DNA of 64,000 nucleotides from Balanoglossus misakiensis (lineage: Eukaryota; Animalia; Hemichordata), in NCBI GenBank assembly GCA_040954595.2, contig CM082580.2, positions 1,416,783 through 1,480,782 of the forward strand, given 5' to 3'. The notes beneath the pieces are model-generated. The model did not search any database and was not told the origin of the DNA. It saw only the letters and a list, made by a program, of their open reading frames with translations. Shown here piece after piece: positions 51,901-64,000 of the stretch (position 1 is the stretch's first letter; every line of letters starts with the position of its first letter). Position numbers and translations under genes: made by a program.

Positions 51901-54710
51901 GTTACCATTGGGGCCTACAGGGAAAAAAAGAAAAAAAAGAGAAAAGAAGAGAAAAAAAGAAAGAAAGAAAGAAAGAGAGAGAGAAGGAGAAGAGTACCGG
52001 TGGGACCTACAAAAAAAAAAGAATGAAAGAATTAAATGCATGAAATCAATGATAATAATAGGATTAATTTGGCAAGCCAGCCCAACCCAACATACTGCGG
52101 GTCAAGGGGTACATATCGTCAATTAATGAAAAAAAAATAAAGTGCAACAAACATTGGCTAGGTCAAAGCAGTTCCTATGGATACCAGAGAGTGCCAATGC
52201 TGTATCTGCTATGTATATAGGAAAGCAGATCAAAGGTCACCAAGAGCTCACCCAAAATTGTCAACAAATGTTTCTTCCAAAATTATCAGTGTAAAATGAA
52301 AAACAAGACTTCTGGCTCTATTGGTTAACCTGGTAATTAGGTGTTCCAGCCCTCAAAATTTGAAGGCGTTATCTGCTGTGCATGCCAAGGCAGGGAAAAT
52401 AGGTTTAAGGTAACCAAAGCTAACAAAAATGTCAGAAAAAAATGTGATCGCATACTGGTGAATGTTCAAGAAAACCCAGACTCAAAGCTTCATTATCTAG
52501 TCTACAATTACGTAAGCACATATTTATAAGGTTATCATTGGTCAAGAAATTCAGCAAAAAAATTAAGTCCAATAGTAGAGCATGTTCATAAAAAATTCAA
52601 CCTGTAACAATATGGGTAAGCTCAGCATTAGATATTCACATATTTAATAAGCTCAACATTGGTCCAGTGGATTCCAAATGTAACAAAAAAAGCTAAGTCC
52701 CATACTTGTCCATATACATCAAAAACCAAACCTCTAGTGCTATTAGTCTAGTCGCCATAAGATATTCAGAAAAGAATACAGGTGCCAAACTTAGGACAAA
52801 GTTCAATGCCAATATTATCAAACAATTTGGGTTATGTCCTGGCAGCAGTACTATTCGTGTGAAAAATAAATCATCACTGTTTTGCTTTTCAACAAGAGGC
52901 ATATCCACGAATAATTAAGTTCTGAAAAAAAAATGGATCAAAGTACATGCGAAAGTTGCCAAAAAATGCAACGTATTCTGGTCATATGGTGACTCGTATC
53001 TATAAAAAGAATTGGTGTGCAATCAAAGTTTTTAATCAGAATTCATAAAATCCAATTTGGCTTCAATAAACTTTAATTAAGTTCTGAAAGATCTGGATCA
53101 AAAGACAAATGAAAGTTGCCTAAAAATTTGTATTATTAAGTGTTGGAAAAACTGGATTAAAGGACATGTGCAATATGCCAAAAATGGTAACATATTCTGG
53201 TCATATAGTGAGTCATATACATATAAATAATGTTTGTGCTATCAATGAGTAGGCCATAAATAGGAAATCTTAGTTTTAAATCGTTGTTCAGAAAATCCAA
53301 TTTGGCTCCAATAAGGTTTAACCAATCACAATTCACTTGAAAACTTGATTAGAAAAAGTGTTTTAATGATATTTTTCAAAAATCTAATAAGGAATTCTAA
53401 GTCACATGACTACTAGCAATATTACAGTCAAACTTTGAACTGCACAGTATATTCGAACTTGATTGTCCCTGTAGTTTTGGAAAAGAACTGTCATCTTTTA
53501 AAGGTTATCAGAAAATCCAATATGGCCACCCTGAAGAAGACAATTAAAGGAACATGCAGCATTACAGGGACCAAAGCAGTTAGCATGGTTCCAACAGAAA
53601 GCAAACTCTGTATCTGTTGTGGATGCTTAGAAATGGTAGGTAAGCCAGAGGTCACGGAAATTTGTGGCAACAAATTTTGACATCAAACTGATCAGTGTTC
53701 AACAAAAAAACAGACTTTTATTCTCAATTGGTTAACTAGAAAAAGCTTATGTACACAACTTTTGTGTTAAAGTTTAATACTTTATTAGGTGTTTAAGGCC
53801 TAAAAATCTGAAGGCTGTATCTGTTGTGCAGGCCAGGTTATGGGAAAGTACATCAAAGGTCATTGCCAAAATTATCAAAATATTTGGGTTATGTCCTGGC
53901 AGCAGTAGTACTCTTTGAACAAAATCATGACTGTTGAGCTTTTTATCAAGAGCCATATCCACATAAAATTAAGTTATGGAATTACTGGATCAAAGGACAT
54001 GCGAGAGTCACCAACAAATTGTTTAATCAAATACTGAAAAAAAACTGGATCAAAGAACATATGAAAGTTGTCAAAAAATGTAACATATTCTAGTCATATG
54101 GTGACTCGTATCCACAGAAAGAATTTGTGTGCTTTCAATGAGTAGGATAAAAAAAGGAATTTTAGCTTTTAATCGGAGTTCAGAAAATCCAATTTGGCTC
54201 TGATAAGGTTAAACCAATCACAATTCACTTGAAAACTTGATTAGAAAAAGATTTTCGTAATTTTTGAATGAGATTTTTAAAAAATCCAATAAGGCACCAA
54301 AAGTCACATGACCACTAATGATATTTTATCAAACTTTCAACCGCACAGTAAATTAGAACTTGATTGGCCCTGTAGTTTATGAAAATGTCAACCTTTAAAG
54401 CTTATTAGAAAATCCAATATGGCCGCCATGAAGAAGACAATTACAACTAAAAGTAGCATTGGAGGGACCAAGGTGTTAAGCATGGTTCAAACAGAAAGCA
54501 GAGGCTGTGTCTGTTGTGGATGCCCAGAAATGGTAAAGTACGCCAGAGGTGAGGCAAAATGTGCCAACAAAATTTGATACCAAACTGATCAGTGTCCAAC
54601 AAAAAGCAGACTTCTACGCTTTATTGGTTAACTTTAAATAGCTCATATACATAATTAGTGTGTTAAAGTTAACACATGCACTTCATTAGGTGTTCCAGTC
54701 CTCTAAATTT

Positions 54711-56370
54711 ACAAGTGACCTATTGGTCAAATGAGCTCTGCTGACCTTAACAGTGTAACCTGGGCGATGATATGAATACCCTAGGTTTTAATTCATAACA
54801 ATTGTATTCTATTGAACAAAACCAAACATAGACATCACAAGTATTTATCCAAATTCAGCTTGATTCATTGCACTAAAGAAAGAAAGAATTGAATTCTAAA
54901 GAACAACATCAAAAGGAAGTACCAATGTTCTAATTTGCATATTCATGACCCCATCAAAATTCCAATAAAACAAAATCAGGTAGGGGCACCATAACACACA
55001 TTCTACCAAATTTCAACTCCATCGTACATGTATTTAGGGAGAAGATTTTTTTACCAAAAATTCTATTTTTAGATCTAATTTGCATATTTATGACCCCATC
55101 TAATCCAAATTAGCAAAATCAGGTAGGGGCACCATAACACACATTCCTACTAAATTTCAGCGCCATCGTACATGTAGTTAGGGAGAAGAAGATTTTTGAC
55201 CAAAAATTCTATTTTTAGATCTAATTTGCATATTTATGACCCAATCAAATCCAAATTAACAAAATCAGGTAGGGACACTATAACACACATTCCTACTAAA
55301 TTTCAGCTCCATCGTACAAATAGTTAGGGAGAAGAAGATTTTTTACCAAAAATTATATTTTTAGATCTAATTTACATATTCATGACCCGATCATATCCAA
55401 ATTTATAAAATCAAGTACGGGCATCATAACACACATTCCTACCATATTTCAGCTCCATCGTACATGTAGTTAGGGAGAAGAAAATTTTTGACCAAAAATT
55501 ATATTTTTAGATCTAATTTGCATATTTATGACCCCATCAAATCCAAATTTACAAAATCAGGTAGGGGCACCATAACACACATTCCTACCAAATTTCAGCT
55601 CCATTGTACATGTAGTTATGGAGAAGAAGATTTTTTACCAAAATTCTATTTTTAGATCTAATTTGCATATTTATGACCCCATCAAATCCAAATTTACAAA
55701 ATCAGGTAGGGGCACCATAACACACATTCCTGCCAAATTTCAGGTCCATTGCACATGTAGTTGTGGAGAAGAAGATTTTTACCAAAAGTTCTATTTTTAG
55801 ATCTAATTTGCATATTCATGACCCCATCAAATCCAAATTAACAAAATCAGTTAAAGGCACCATAACACACATTCCAACCAAATTTCAGCTAAATATGCCC
55901 AGTTGTTTTAAAGAAGAAGATTGAAATACAAAAAGTTGACGGACGACAGACGACTGACGACAGACGACGGACGACGGACGGACACTTATCAACCTACTGC
56001 TACAGCTCGGCTGACACAAGTGACAGCAGAGCTAAAAATCAGGTAGGGACACCATAACACACATTCCTACCAAATTTCAGCTCCATCGTACATGTAGTTA
56101 GGGAGAAGAAGATTTTTTTACCAAAAATTTTATTTTTAGATCTAATTTGCATATTCATGACCCGATCAAATCCAAATTAACAAAATCAGGTAAGGGCACC
56201 ATAACACACATTCTAACCAAATTTCAGCTAAATATGCCAAGTAGTTTTATAGAAGAAGATTGAAATACCAAAAGTTGACGGACGACGGATGACGGACGAC
56301 AGACGACGGACAGACATTTATCAACCTACTGCTACAGCTCGGCTGACACAAGTGACAGCAGAGCTAATAA
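54711..56370 (-). mobile_element. Helentron-associated element (HINE/pearl-like) carrying ~146-bp tandem repeats, with a duplicated 5' module
   Basis: Minus strand starts TTTTAGCTC...GAGCT stem, then a (CGTC/CGT)n microsatellite, about seven 145-146-bp units, and a 3' GAGCTC plus TGACC-AATA-GGTCA hairpin plus CTTGT. The empty site CTCTAAATTTAAAAGCTG is at ~58284. Confidence 0.8.
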
Positions 56371-59229
56371 AAGCTGTATCTGCTGTGCATGCCAAGTTTT
56401 GGAAATGTAGATCAAGGGTCATTGCCAAAATTATCAAAATATTTGGGTTATGTCCTGCCAGAGTAGTACTCATGTGAACAAAATCATGACTGTTGTGCTT
56501 TTTAACAAGAGACATATCAATGTACAATTAAGTTCTGAAAGATCTTGATCAAAGGGAAAATGAAAGTTGCAAAAAATTGTATAATTAAGTGTTAAAAAAA
56601 GGATCAATGGACATGTGAAAGTTGACAAAAAATTTTAACATTCTGGTCTTATGTTGACTCTATCCATAAAAAGGCTTGGTGTGCTATCATTCAGTAGCCT
56701 ACAAATAGGAAATTTTAGTTTTTAATCGGAGTTCAGAAAATCCAATTAGGCTTCAATAAGGTTTAACCAATCACATTTTACGCGAAAGCGTGATTAAAAA
56801 AAGATTTTGGAAATTTTTCATGGGATTTTTCAAAAATCCATAATAAATCCAAATTCACATGAACACTAACAATATTATTTTAAAAAATTGGAACGTACAG
56901 TAAATTAGAACTTGATTGGCCTTGTAATTTTTGAAAAAAAATGTCAACTTTTAAAGGTTATCAGAAAATCCAATATGGCCACCATGAAGAAGACAATTAA
57001 AAGAACATGCAGCATCACAGGGGCCAAAGCAGTTAGCATGGTTCCAACAGAAAGCAAACTCTGTATCTGTTATGGATTCTTAGAATGGTAGGTAAGCCAG
57101 AGGTCACGGAAATTTGTGCCAACAAATTTTGATATCAAACTGATAAGTGTCCAACAAGAACCAAACTTCTAAGCTCAATTGGTTAACTTTAAATAGGATT
57201 TAAGTAGATCATGGCCAAAATTATCAAAATATTTGGGTTATGTCCAGGCAGCAATAGTACTCATGTGTACAAAATCATGACTGTTGTGCTTTTTAACAAG
57301 AGACATATCCAAGTAGATCAAGGGTCATGGCCAAAATTATCAAAATATTTGGGTTATGTCCTGGCAGCAATAAAACTCATGTGAACAAAATCATGACTGT
57401 TGTGCTTTTTAACAAGAGACATATCCAAGTAGATCAATGGTCATTGCCAAAATTATCAAAATATTTGGGTTATGTCCTGGCAGCAGTAGTACTCTATGAA
57501 CAAAATCATGACTGTTGAGCTTTTTATCAAGAGCCATATCCACATAAAATTAAGTTATGGAATTACTGGGTCAAAGGACATGCGAGAGTTGCCAACAAAT
57601 TGTTTAATCAAGTTTTGAAAAAACTGGATCAAAGGACATGTGAAAGTTGCCAAAAAATGTAACGTATTCTAGTCATATGGCGACTCGTATCCATAAAATT
57701 AATTTGTGTGCTTTCAATGAGTAGGCTAGAAATAGGAAATCTTAGTTTTTAATCAGTGTTCAGAAAAATCCAATTTGGCTCCAATAAGGTGACACCAATC
57801 ACAATTCACTTGAAAACTTGATTAGAAAAAGATGTTCTGTAATTTTTTAATGAGATTTTTAAACAATCCAATTAGGCACCCAAAGTCACATGACCACTAA
57901 TGATATTTTTGTCAAACTTTCAACCCTACAGTAAACTAGAATTTGATTTGCCCTGTAGTTTATGAAAATGTCAACTTTTAAAGGTTATTAGAAAATCCAA
58001 TATGGCCACCATGAAGAAGATAATTAGAGCTACAAGCAGCATTGGAGTGGCCAAAGCGGTTAGCATGGTTCCAACAGAAAGCAAAGGCTGTATCTGTTGT
58101 GGATGCCTAGAAATGGTAAAGTATGCCAGAGGTGATGCAAAATGTGCCAACAAAATTTGATACCAAACTGATCAATGTCCAACAAAAAGCAGACTTCTAC
58201 GCTTTATTAGTTAACTTTAAATAGCTTATATACATAATTATTGTGTTAAAGTTAATACATGTACTTCATTAGGTGTTCCAAGCCTCTAAATTTAAAAGCT
58301 GTATCTGCTGTACATGCCAAGTTATGGGAATGTAGATCAAAAGTTACTGCCAAAATTATCAAAATATTTGGGTTATGTCCTGGCAGCAGTAGTACTCATG
58401 TGAACAAAATCACGACTGTTGTGCTTTTTAACAAGAGGCATATCAACGTAGAATTAAGTTCTGAAAGATCTGGATCAAAAGACGAATGAAAGTTGCAAAA
58501 AAATAGTATAATTAAGTGTTGAAAAAATGGATGAAAGGACATGTGAAAGTTGATAAAAATTGTTTAACATATTCTGGACTTATGGTGACTCGTATCCATA
58601 AAAAGGATTGGTGTGCTATCATTCAGTAGCCTTGAAATAGGAAATTTTAGTTTTTAATCGGAGTTCAGACAATCCAATTTGACTTCAATAAGGTTTAACC
58701 AATCACAATTCACTTGAAAGCTTGATTAAAAAAGATTTTGGAAATTTTTCATGAGTTTTTGAAAAAATCCATAATGAATCCAAATTCACATGACCACTAT
58801 TAATATAATTGAAAAAAAAATGGAACGGCCAGTAAATTAGAACTTGATTGGCCCTGCAGTTTAGAAAAAAATGTCCACTTTTAGAGATTATCAGAAAATC
58901 CAATATGGCCGCCATGAAGAAGACCCAACTATAAGCAGCATTGGAGTGACCAAAGTGGTTAGCATGGTTCCAACAGAAAGCAAAGGCTGTATCTGTTATG
59001 GATGCTGAGAAATGGTAAGTAAGCCAGAGGTCAGGCAAATTTGTGCCAACAAATTTTGACATCAAACTGATAAGTGTCCAACAAGAACCAAACTTCTAAG
59101 CTCAATTGGTTAACTTTAAATAGGATAAGTACATAATGATTGTGTTAAAAATTAATACTTCATTAGGTGTTCCAGTCCTCTAAATTTGAAAGCCGTATCT
59201 GCTGTGCATGGCAAGTTATGGGAAAGAAG

Positions 59230-62200
59230 ATCATGGCCAAAATTATCAAAATATTTGGGTTATGTCCTGGCAGCAATAGTACTCATGTGTACAAAATCAT
59301 GACTGTTGTGCTTTTTAACAAGAGACATATCCAAGTAGATCAAGGGTCATGGCCAAAATTATCAAAATATTTGGGTTATGTCCTGGCAACAATAAAACTC
59401 ATGTGAACAAAATCATGACTGTTGTGCTTTTTAACAAGAGACATATCCAAGTAGATCAAGGGTCATGGCCGAAATAATCAAAATATTTGGGTTATGTCCT
59501 GGCAGCAATAAAATTCATATGAACAAAATCATGACTGTTGTGCTTTTTAACAAGAGACATATCCAAGTAGATCAAGGGTCATTGCCAAAATTATCCAAAT
59601 ATTTGGGTTATGTCCTGGCAGCAATAAAACTCATGTGAACAAAATCATGACTATTGTGCTTTTTAACAAGAGACATATCCAAGTAGATCAAGGGTCATTG
59701 CCAAAATGATCAAAATATATGGGTTATGTCCTGGCAGCAATAAAACTCATGTGAACAAAATCATGACTGTTGTGCTTTTTAACAAGAGACATATCCAAGT
59801 AGATCAAGGGTCATTGCCAAAATTATCAAAATATTTGGGTTATGTCCTGGCAGCAATAAAACTCATGTGAACAAAATCATGACTGTTGTGCTTTTTAACA
59901 AGAGACATATCCAAGTAGATCAAGGGTCATTGCCAAAATTATCAAAATATTTGGGTTATGTCCAGGCACCAATAGTACTCATGTGAACAAAATCATGACT
60001 GTTGTGCTTTTTAACAAGAGACATATCCAAGTAGATCAAGGGTCATTGCCAAAATTATCAAAATATTTGGGTTATGTCCAGGCAGCAATAGTACTCATGT
60101 GAACAAAATCATGACTGTTGTGCTTTTTAACAAGAGGCATATCCAAGTAGATCAAGGGTCATTGCCAAAATTATCAAAATATTTGGGTTATGTCCAGGCA
60201 GCAATAGTACTCATGTGAACAAAATCATGACTGTTGTGCTTTTTAACAAGAGACATATCCAAGTAGATCAAGGGTCATTGCCAAAATTATCAAAATATTT
60301 GGGTTATGTCCAGGCAGCAATAGTACTCATGTGAACAAAATCATGACTGTTGTGCTTTTTAACAAGAGACATATCCAAGTAGATCAAGGGTCATTACCAA
60401 GATTATCAAAATATTTGGGTTATGTCCTGGCAGCAATAAAACTCATGTGAACAAAATCATGACTGTTGTGCCTTTTAACAAGAGACATATCCAAGTAGAT
60501 CAAGGGTCATTGCCAAAATTATCAAAATATTTGGGTTATGTCCTGGCAGCAATAAAACTCATGTGAACAAAATCATGACTGTTGTGCTTTTTAACAAGAG
60601 ACATATCCAAGTAGATCAAGGGTCATTGCCATGATTATCAAAATATTTGGGTTATGTCCTGGCAGCAATAAAACTCATGTGAACAAAATCATGACTATTG
60701 TGCTTTTTAACAAGAGACATATCCAAGTAGATCAAGGGTCATTGCCAAAATGATCAAAATATATGGGTTATGTCCTGGCAGCAATAAAACTCATGTGAAC
60801 AAAATCATGACTGTTGTGCTTTTTAACAAGAGACATATCCAAGTAGATCAAGGGTCATTGCCAAAATTATCAAAATATTTGGGTTATGTCCTGGCAGCAA
60901 TAAAACTCATGTGAACAAAATCATGACTGTTGTGCTTTTTAACAAGAGACATATCCAAGTAGATCAAGGGTCATTGCCAAAATTATCAAAATATTTGGGT
61001 TATGTCCAGGCACCAATAGTACTCATGTGAACAAAATCATGACTGTTGTGCTTTTTAACAAGAGACATATCCAAGTAGATCAAGGGTCATTGCCAAAATT
61101 ATCAAAATATTTGGGTTATGTCCAGGCAGCAATAGTACTCATGTGAACAAAATCATGACTGTTGTGCTTTTTAACAAGAGGCATATCCAAGTAGATCAAG
61201 GGTCATTGCCAAAATTATCAAAATATTTGGGTTATGTCCAGGCAGCAATAGTACTCATGTGAACAAAATCATGACTGTTGTGCTTTTTAACAAGAGACAT
61301 ATCCAAGTAGATCAAGGGTCATTGCCAAAATTATCAAAATATTTGGGTTATGTCCAGGCAGCAATAGTACTCATGTGAACAAAATCATGACTGTTGTGCT
61401 TTTTAACAAGAGACATATCCAAGTAGATCAAGGGTCATTACCAAGATTATCAAAATATTTGGGTTATGTCCTGGCAGCAATAAAACTCATGTGAACAAAA
61501 TCATGACTGTTGTGCCTTTTAACAAGAGACATATCCAAGTAGATCAAGGGTCATTGCCAAAATTATCAAAATATTTGGGTTATGTCCTGGCAGCAATAAA
61601 ACTCATGTGAACAAAATCATGACTGTTGTGCTTTTTAACAAGAGACATATCCAAGTAGATCAAGGGTCATTGCCATGATTATCAAAATATTTGGGTTATG
61701 TCCTGGCAGCAATAAAACTCATGTGAACAAAATCATGACTGTTGTGCTTTTAACAAGAGACATATCCAAGTAGATCAAGGGTCATTGCCAAAATTATCAA
61801 AATATTTGGGTTATGTCCAGGCAGCAATAGTACTCATGTGAACAAAATCATGACTGTTGTGCTTTTTAACAAGAGACATATCCAAGTAGATCAAGGGTCA
61901 TTACCAAGATTATCAAAATATTTGGATTATGTCCTGGCAGCAATAAAACTCATGTGAACAAAATCATGACTGTTGTGCCTTTTAACAAGAGACATATCCA
62001 AGTAGATCAAGGGTCATTGCCAAAATTATCAAAATATTTGGGTAATGTCCTGGCAGCAATAAAACTCATGTGAACAAAATCATGACTGTTGTGCTTTTTA
62101 ACAAGAGACATATCCAAGTAGATCAAGGGTCATTGCCAAGATTATCAAAATATTTGGGTTATGTCCTGGCAGCAATAAAACTCATGTGAACAAAATCATG

Positions 62201-63830
62201 ACTGTTGTGCTTTTTAACAAGAGACATATCCAAGTAGATCAAGGGTCATTGCCAAAGTTATCAAAATATTTGGGTTATGTCCTGGCAGCGACAAAACTCA
62301 TGTGAACAAAATCATGACTGTTGTGCTTTTTAACAAGAGGCATATCCAAGTAGATCAAGGGTCATTGCCAAAATTATCAAAATATTTGGGTTATGTCCAG
62401 GCAGCAATAGTACTCATGTGAACAAAATCATGACTGTTGTGCTTTTTAACAAGAGACATATCCAAGTAGATCAAGGGTCATTGCCAAAATTATCAAAATA
62501 TTTGGGTTATGTCCAGGCAGCAATAGTACTCATGTGAACAAAATCATGACTGTTGTGCTTTTTAACAAGAGACATATCCAAGTAGATCAAGGGTCATTAC
62601 CAAGATTATCAAAATATTTGGGTTATGTCCTGGCAGCAATAAAACTCATGTGAACAAAATCATGACTGTTGTGCCTTTTAACAAGAGACATATCCAAGTA
62701 GATCAAGGGTCATTGCCAAAATTATCAAAATATTTGGGTTATGTCCTGGCAGCAATAAAACTCATGTGAACAAAATCATGACTGTTGTGCTTTTTAACAA
62801 GAGACATATCCAAGTAGATCAAGGGTCATTGCCATGATTATCAAAATATTTGGGTTATGTCCTGGCAGCAATAAAACTCATGTGAACAAAATCATGACTG
62901 TTGTGCTTTTAACAAGAGACATATCCAAGTAGATCAAGGGTCATTGCCAAAATTATCAAAATATTTGGGTTATGTCCAGGCAGCAATAGTACTCATGTGA
63001 ACAAAATCATGACTGTTGTGCTTTTTAACAAGAGACATATCCAAGTAGATCAAGGGTCATTACCAAGATTATCAAAATATTTGGATTATGTCCTGGCAGC
63101 AATAAAACTCATGTGAACAAAATCATGACTGTTGTGCCTTTTAACAAGAGACATATCCAAGTAGATCAAGGGTCATTGCCAAAATTATCAAAATATTTGG
63201 GTAATGTCCTGGCAGCAATAAAACTCATGTGAACAAAATCATGACTGTTGTGCTTTTTAACAAGAGACATATCCAAGTAGATCAAGGGTCATTGCCAAGA
63301 TTATCAAAATATTTGGGTTATGTCCTGGCAGCAATAAAACTCATGTGAACAAAATCATGACTGTTGTGCTTTTTAACAAGAGACATATCCAAGTAGATCA
63401 AGGGTCATTGCCAAAATTATCAAAATATTTGGGTTATGTCCTGGCAGCGACAAAACTCATGTGAACAAAATCATGACTGTTGTGCTTTTTAACAAGAGAC
63501 ATATCCAAGTAGATCAAGGGTCATGGCCAAAATTATCAAAATATTTGGGTTATGTCCTGGCAACAATAAAACTCATGTGAACAAAATCATGACTGTTGTG
63601 CTTTTTAACAAGAGACATATCCAAGGGATCAAGGGTCATTACCAAGATTATCAAAATATTTGGGTTATGTCCTGGCAGCAATAAAACTCATGTGAACAAA
63701 ATCATGACTGTTGTGCTTTTTAACAAGAGACATATCCAAGTAGATCAAGGGTCATTGCCAAAATTATCAAAATATTTGGGTTATGTCCTGGCAGCAGTAG
63801 TACTCTTTGAACAAAATCATGACTGTTGAG
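59230..63830 (+). repeat. 116-bp satellite, ~39-40 highly similar copies
   Basis: Period is 116 (59237, 59353, 59469, 59585). The monomer is a sub-segment of the 0.9-kb unit. A 3-copy version lies at 57204-57540. Confidence 0.97.
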
Positions 63831-64000
63831 CTTTTTATCAAGAGCCATATCCACATAAAATTAAGTTATGGAATTACTGGATCAAAGGACATGCGAGAGT
63901 CGCCAACAAATTGTTTAATCAAATACTGAAAAAAAACTGGATCAAAGAACATATGAAAGTTGTCAAAAAATGTAACATATTCTAGTCATATGGTGACTCG

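Larger units (their letters stand above)
52150..64000 (+). repeat. ~0.9-kb macrosatellite (diverged tandem units)
   Basis: Anchor CCAAAATTATCAAAATATTTGGGTTATGTCCTGGC at ~52808, 53866, 56425, 57447, 58350 and 59237. AATCCAATATGGCC at ~53514, 54412, 56967, 57994 and 58897. Confidence 0.9.

Noticed and set aside
51674-52126. 150-aa repeat protein
   Set aside because: It is a translation of a 54-bp minisatellite and an AG-rich tract, with no splice or domain support.
59230-63830. CRISPR-like regular array
   Set aside because: Whole 116-bp units repeat with no unique spacers, there are no cas genes and the context is eukaryotic.

Overview
This is AT-rich, repeat-dense animal DNA, probably from a marine invertebrate (inferred from the transposon repertoire and GT-AG introns). 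I found no host housekeeping gene, rRNA, tRNA or CRISPR array. 1-3258: right part of a DNA transposon with a RAG1/Transib-like DDE transposase (+) and a convergent, intact 216-aa orphan ORF (-). It ends in a CACACTG heptamer-like terminus inserted into a decayed Gmr1/SCAN-type Gypsy element (3259-~6663). 8.8-14 kb and 25.7-30 kb: duplicated patchworks of tRNA-SINE, TTAA MITE, Helentron-like element and old tandem repeats. 14.0-25.7 kb: a truncated, multi-intron Kolobok-type transposon whose introns hold a young full-length Mag-type Gypsy element, a TTAA MITE and a hairpin element. 30-49.8 kb: a ~193-bp satellite interrupted by a 4-kb Academ-derived foldback. 52-64 kb: a ~0.9-kb macrosatellite that has spawned a 116-bp array with 9-mer and 10-mer higher-order repeats and carries a Helentron-like insert. 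The best candidate for a new system is the two-gene RAG1-like transposon. Family assignments come from recalled motifs, not database searches.
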